The position numbers and the translations under genes are program-made. The notes below the pieces were generated by a model. It made no database searches and was not told the DNA's origin. It saw nothing but the letters and a program-made list of their open reading frames with translations. This document shows positions 58,040 through 64,000 of a DNA stretch of 64,000 bases, in pieces. Within the stretch, counting starts at the first letter, position 1. Every line of letters starts with the position of its first letter. The stretch comes from Squalus acanthias (Eukaryota). The stretch covers positions 53,756,001-53,820,000 of the forward strand of contig CM059432.1 in NCBI GenBank assembly GCA_030390025.1. The letters run 5' to 3'.

Positions 58040-61000
58040 CAGGGCAATTGCTGAGCAGAGCTGAGCAGCGCACCTGTGAGAGGCACAGAGTCGGTGAGAG
58101 GAGGATAAAAGGAGCGCGGAGAGGAGGCCTGGGACCAGAGCTGAGTGGCAGACCTGCGAGAGGCACAGAGTCGGAGAGAGGAACTCAACACAGGAGTGAT
58201 GTCAGAATTCAGAAGTGACGTCAGCACAAGGGAGCTGATTGGTGAGTAGCTGGTGGGTATTTTCTGTTAAGTTTTTTGTTAAGTTTTAAGTGTATTTCTG
58301 CTAAGTAGTTCATAGCCTATTAATAGAGGGAGAGAGCTGATTGGTGAGTAGCTGGTGAGTGTTTTTTGTTAAGTTTTTAAGTTTATTTCGGTCAAGGTAG
58401 TACATAGTATATTATATTGAGGCATGGCAGGGCAGCTCAGTCCCGTGAATTGCACATCCTGCACCATGTGGGATATCCTGGACGCTTCTCATGGCCTGGA
58501 CGACCACGTGTGCGGGAAGTGTCGCCAACTGCAGCAACTCGAGCTTCGGGTTTCGGAGCTTGAGCGGCAGCTGGAGTCACTACAGTACATCCGCGAAGCT
58601 GAGAACTTCGTGGAGAGCACGTTTCAGGAGGTGGTCACACAGCTTAAGAGTGTGCAGGCAGAGAGGGAATGGATGACCGCCAAACAGAAGAGGAGGACCA
58701 GGTAGGTAGTGCAGGGGTCCCCCGAGTGCATCTCGCTCTCCAACCAGTATTCTGTTCTGAGTACTGGTGGGGGCGATGATTCCTCTGGGGAGTATAGCCA
58801 GAGCCAAGTCCACGAGACCACGGGTGGCTCAGCTGCACAGGGGGGGAGGAAGAAGAGTGGAAGAGCAATAATGGTAGGGGATTCGATAGTTAGGGGAACA
58901 GACAGGCATTTCTGCGGCCGCAGACGTGACTCCAAGATGGTATGTTGCCTCCCTGGTGCCAGGGTCAAGGATGTCACTGAGCGGCTGCAGGACATTCTGA
59001 GGGGGGAGAATGAACAGCCAGAGGTCGTGGTCCATATCGGCACCAATGACATAGGAAGAAAGAGGGATGAGGTCCTGCAGGCAGATTTTAAGGAGCTAGG
59101 AAAAAGATTAAAAAGAAGGACCTCAAAGGTAGTAATCTCCGGTTTACTCCCGGTGCCACGTACTAGTGAGAATAGAAATAGGAGGATAGAGCAGATGAAT
59201 GTCTGGCTGAAGAGTTGGTGCAGGAGGGAGGGTTTTAGATTCCTGAGGCACTGGGACCGTTTCTGGGGGAGGTGGGACCTGTACAAGCCGGACGGGTTTC
59301 ACCTCAACAGGGCCGGGACCAATATCCTCGCGGGGGGGTTTGCTAGTGCTGTTGGGGAGGGTTTAAACTAGCTTGACAAGGGAATGGGAACCTAAGAGTC
59401 ATTTCAGAAGGGAGAGAAGCAAAGCTGGAATTAGAGGGCAGAAAAATAGTAAGCGAGTCTGGAAGGCAGAGGAAACAAAGGCTGGCAAATAAACACCAAG
59501 GAAATTTGGCAGTGCTAAATGGTATATACTTCAATGCAAGGAGTATAGGGAATAAGGCAGATGAGCTGAGGGCACAGATAGACACGTGGGTGTATGATAT
59601 TATAGCTATTATTGAAACATACCTGAAAGAAGGGCAGGAATGGCAGCTCAACATTCCTGGTTACAGAGTTTTCAGACGAGATAGAGATGGGGATAAAAAA
59701 GGAGGGAGGGGTCGCAGTATTGATTAAAGAAACAATTACAGCTGTGAGGAGGGAGGACATGTTAGAAGGATCATCAAATGAGGCCATATGGGTTGAACTG
59801 AAGAATAAAACAGGTGCAATCACACTGTTGAGAGTGTATTACAGACCCCCAAACAGTCAGAGGGAGATAGAAGAGCAAGCATGTAGGCACATTTCTGAGA
59901 AGTGCAAAAACTATAGGGCAGTAATAGTAGGGGATTTCAACTAGCCTAATATTACCTGGGATAAAATTAGTGTGAAGGGTATAGAGGGTGTAGAATTCCT
60001 AAAATACATTCAGGAGAATTTTTTTAGCTAGTACGTGGCAAGCCTAACAAGGGAGGGGGCAGTTCTGGACTTAGTTTTAGGGAATGAAGCTGGGCAGGTG
60101 GAAGGGGTATCAGTGGGAAAGCATTTTGGTGGTAGTGTTCATAATTCAGTTAGATTTAGGGTAGTTATGGAAAAGGACAAAGATAGTCCAGGAATAAAAG
60201 TTCTCAATTGGAGAAAAGCCAATTTTACTAAGCTGAGATGTGATTTAGACAAAGTGGACTGGAAGCAGCTACTTGAAGGTAAATCAGTGTCAGAGCAGTG
60301 GGAGGCATTCAAGGAGGAGATAGTGAGGGTTCAGCGCAAGTATGTTCCCTTAAAGCAAAAGGGTGGGACTAACAAATCTAGAGCCCCCTGGATGTCAAGG
60401 GGCATACAGGGTAGGATAAAGTAAAAAAGGGAGGCATATGACAGATACCGAGTGCTCAATACCACAGAAAGCCTAGAGGAGTATAGAAAGTGCAGGGGTG
60501 AAATTAAAAAGGAAATTAGGAAAGCAAAGAGAGAGCATGAAAAAATATTGGCAGGTAAAATCAAGGAAAACCCAAAGATGTTTTATAAATACCTTAAGAG
60601 CAAGAGGATAACTAAAGAAAGAGTAGGGCCTATTCGAGACCATGAAGGTAATCTATGTGTGGAGGCAGAAGACGTGGGTATGGTCCTAAATGAATACTTT
60701 GCATCTGTTTTCACAAAAGAGAGAGATGATGCAGACATTGCAATCAGGGAGGAGGAGTGTGAAATATTAGATGAAATAAACATAGTGAGAGAGGAAATAT
60801 TAAGGGGCTTAGCAGCTTCGAAAGTGGATAAATCCCCAGGCCTGGATGAAATGTATCCCAGGCTGTTAAGAGAAGCAAGAGAGGAAATAGCAGAGGCTCT
60901 GACCATTATTTTCCAATCCTCTGTGGCTACAGGTGTGGTGCCGGAGGACTGGAGGACTGCTACTGTGGTACCACTGTTTAAAAAGGGAGAAAGGGATAGA

Positions 61001-62383
61001 CCGTGTAATTACTGGTCAGTCAGCCTAACCTCGGTGGTGGGAAAATTATTTGAAAAATTCTGAGGGACAGGATAAATCTTCATTTAGAAAGACACGGATT
61101 AATCAAGGACAGTCAGCATGGATTTGTTAAGGGGAGGTCGTGTCTGACTAACTTGATTGAATTTTTTGAAGAGGTAACAAGGAGGGTCGATGAGGGTTGT
61201 GCATTTGATATGGATTTTAGCAAGGCTTTTGATAAGATCCCACATGGCAGACTGGTCACAAAAGTAAAAGCCCATGGGATCCAAGGCAAAGTGGCAAGTT
61301 GGATCCAATATTGGCTCAGAAGTAGGAAGCAAAGGGTTATGGTCGATGAGTGTTTTTGTGACTGGAAGGCTGTTTCCAGTGGGGTTCTGCAGGGCTCAGT
61401 ACTAGGTCCCTTGCTTTTTGTGATATATATCAATGATTTAGACTTGAATGTAGGGGGTATGATTAAGAAGTTTGCAGATGATACAAAAATTGGCTGTGCG
61501 ATGGATAATGAAGAAGAAAGCTGCAGACTGCAGGAAGATATCAGTGGACTGGTCAGGTGGGCAGAACAGTGGCAAATGGAATTCAATCCGGACAAGTGCG
61601 AGGTAATGCATTTGGGGAGGGCTAACAAGGCAAGGGAATACAGAATAAATGGTAGGACACTGATAAGTGCAGAGGAACAGAGGGACCTTGGAGTCCACAG
61701 ATCCCTGAAGGTAGCAGGACAGGTGGTTAAGGCGGCATACGGAATGCTTGCCTTTATTAGCCAAGGCATAGACTATAAGAGCAGGGAGGTTATGCTTGAA
61801 TTGTATAAAACACTGGTTAGGCCTCAGCTAGAGTACTGCGTGCAGTTCTGGTCACCACATTACAGGAAAGATGTGATTGCGCTAAAGAGGGTACAGAGGA
61901 GATTTACGAGGATGTTGCCTGGACTGGAGAATTTTAGCTATGAGGAAAGATTGGATAGGCTGGGGTTGTTTTCTTTGGAACAAAGGAGGCTGAGGGGAGG
62001 CATAATTGAGGCATATAAAATTATGAGGGGCCTAGATAGAGTGGATAGGAAGGAACTGTTTCCCTTGGCAGAGGGGTCAACAACCAGGGGGCATAGATTT
62101 AAAGTAATTGGTGGAAGGTTTAGAGGGGATTTGAGGAGAATGTTTTTCACCCAGATGGTGGTGGGAGTCGGGAACTCACTGCCTGAAAGGGTGGGAGAGG
62201 CAGAAACTCTCACCATTTTCAAAAATAACTTGGATATGCACTTGAAGTGCCGTAACCTACAAGGCTACGGACCAAGAGCTGGCAAGTGGGATTGGATTAG
62301 GCTGGAGAGCTCTTTGTCAGCCGGCGCGGACACGATGGGCCGAATGGCCTCCTTCCGTGCTGTAAATTTCTATGATTCTATGA
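58040..62383 (+). mobile_element. Full-length CR1 LINE with inactivating stops and frameshifts
   Basis: Repetitive 5'UTR; ORF1 58424-59371 (stop at 58705); ORF2 pieces 59506-62403 with FADD; (TTCTATGA)n tail. Confidence 0.92.
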
Positions 62384-62415
62384 ATTGTAGCTTAATACAG
62401 TGACTTACACATCTT

Positions 62416-63171
62416 GGGCTGGAAATTGTGGTTGGAGGCTTCCCGCGGGCGAATGCCTCTGATCTGCAAGAAAAGTACGCACCTACCTGGCGCCTCCATA
62501 CCTTCGAACTCTTGCGGTCCTGGGCCTGCAGGCATACGCCTGCGTAAAGGATTGTGTATTCCAGGTGTGCAGGCAGTTCGTAAACATCCTGAGATCAAGT
62601 GGGCCAGCCCAACCAATCACAAAAGGGGATTCCCATTATGCTTATGGGGATTCCTTTCATGTATGGAATCCCCATAAGCTGAATAGGAATCACCCAAAAA
62701 AACACACTTTCACCCCACTTAAATAAAAATAAATCATGTGTTAAAAATTAATGAAAATACAATTTAACTAAACATTTAAAACAAAAATTTAATTTTTTGA
62801 AAAATAAATGTAAACATTTTTAAAGGGGCCAAAAATAACCTAAACTAATTTTAAAGGTTTTTGAATGTTTAAATCATTTTTAAAAATTATTTAAATATTT
62901 ATTTAAACCCTTACACTGGTAAAAGAAGGCCTTATGCCTGCTTTTACCAGGCGTAAGAGTTTTGTGGGCATTTGCTGGGCAGTAGTTGGGGAAATAGCCC
63001 AACCCTTCACCAGCAAATGTCCATTTCCTGCGCATTCATACGATCTGTCAAGAAGAATCTTGACAGATCTCAAGTTCCGGGTTTTAGTTCATGCGCAGCC
63101 CATGCCAAAACCTGAACTTGCGGGGCACTTATGGCCACGTACACCGTCCTAGGCCCGGGAAAATCCGGGCC
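62416..63171. mobile_element. Harbinger-type MITE with AT-rich core (distant relative of the 743-bp MITE)
   Basis: Termini GGGCTGGAAATT / AAAATCCGGGCC; TSD ctt/ctt. Confidence 0.78.
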
Positions 63172-63804
63172 CTTGTTTTTCTCAAATATGCAGCAAGGTA
63201 TCTTTCATCTTTCATTCAACACCATTTTAAAAAAGCTAGCACATTATTATATAAGAAGAATAAATTTGTATTAGATGTGCTATTTATGCTTTTGTATGGT
63301 GTGTCTGCAGTTTTTTTTCTTTAGGTCAAATCAAGTCATTTTCTAGTTTGTTAAAATTTTGAGTCTCTTAAAATCATTTCCCCACAGAGTAATAGATGTG
63401 GAGAGTAAAATACCAAAATATAGTGAATCCAAAGGCAGAACAATGGAAATAACAATATACATGTGCAAAGTGAAGTTTGTTCCTTTGTGCATGTGTCTCA
63501 CCAGGTTTTGAAGGTACTAAACCCAAATTAGTGTGAACTTGCCACAATTCAAAATTGACATTGCTTTTTCCTCTTAGCCTTAGTCAACACAACTCATGCA
63601 CGTCATCTTCCATTCACACCCTAATTCACTTTATACAAGACTAAAAGTGGTGGTTGTTGACAAAATTTCAAAACTAGCTTTGCATAGTGGACTGTTATGC
63701 TTATCATATGTTTATTTCAGCTGATTAATATGGCCTCAATCTTGGCATGTTGACTTCTACTGGCACTTCAATCCCCTGCAAAGGAAATATATCATAATGT
63801 TTAC

Positions 63805-64000
63805 TGGTAATCTAGTGGTTATAGTAGTGGTCTAACAATACAGAAGTTGTGAGTTCATAATACCATGATGATAAGCTGTGAAACTGAATTTTTTTTAAAA
63901 ATGTTAATTTATGGGCAAACACCAGAAAATAACCATGAAAGCTGCTGGGTTGTTGTAAAAACCCAACTGGTTCACTAATGTCCTTCAGGAATGAAAACCT
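63805..64000 (+). mobile_element. tRNA-derived SINE-like head, same family as the LINE head at 25170-25500 (runs off the window)
   Basis: GAGTTCA B-box-like motif and GTTGTAAAAACCCAACTGGTTCACTAATGTCCTTCAGG, matching the reverse complement of ~25292-25330. Confidence 0.7.

Overview
Eukaryotic, almost certainly vertebrate DNA. The repeat families suggest a cartilaginous fish, which is an inference. The window is made almost entirely of nested transposable elements, and I could not support any host protein-coding exon. It contains: several CR1 LINEs, one with an uninterrupted ~983-aa EN-RT ORF2; a second LINE family that carries a tRNA-derived (SINE-like) 5' head and no ORF1; Penelope/Neptune-like GIY-YIG retroelements whose termini carry minimal hammerhead ribozyme motifs; two LTR-like inserts; a Tx1/L1 tail; Deu-type SINEs; and a dense cluster of PIF/Harbinger DNA transposons (convergent DDE transposase plus 3-exon Myb/SANT gene) with derived MITEs. 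Main points: (1) The Harbinger at 47231-51382 looks fully intact (TIRs, TSD, 386-aa transposase, spliced 459-aa Myb partner). (2) Several Harbinger/MITE insertion sites resemble the 15-bp Harbinger3_DR target. (3) There is a four-level nest, Penelope > CR1 > MITE > Harbinger. (4) A MITE triplet contains a chimeric middle copy. (5) A Penelope fragment inserted together with a 204-bp templated inversion between 19-bp TSDs.
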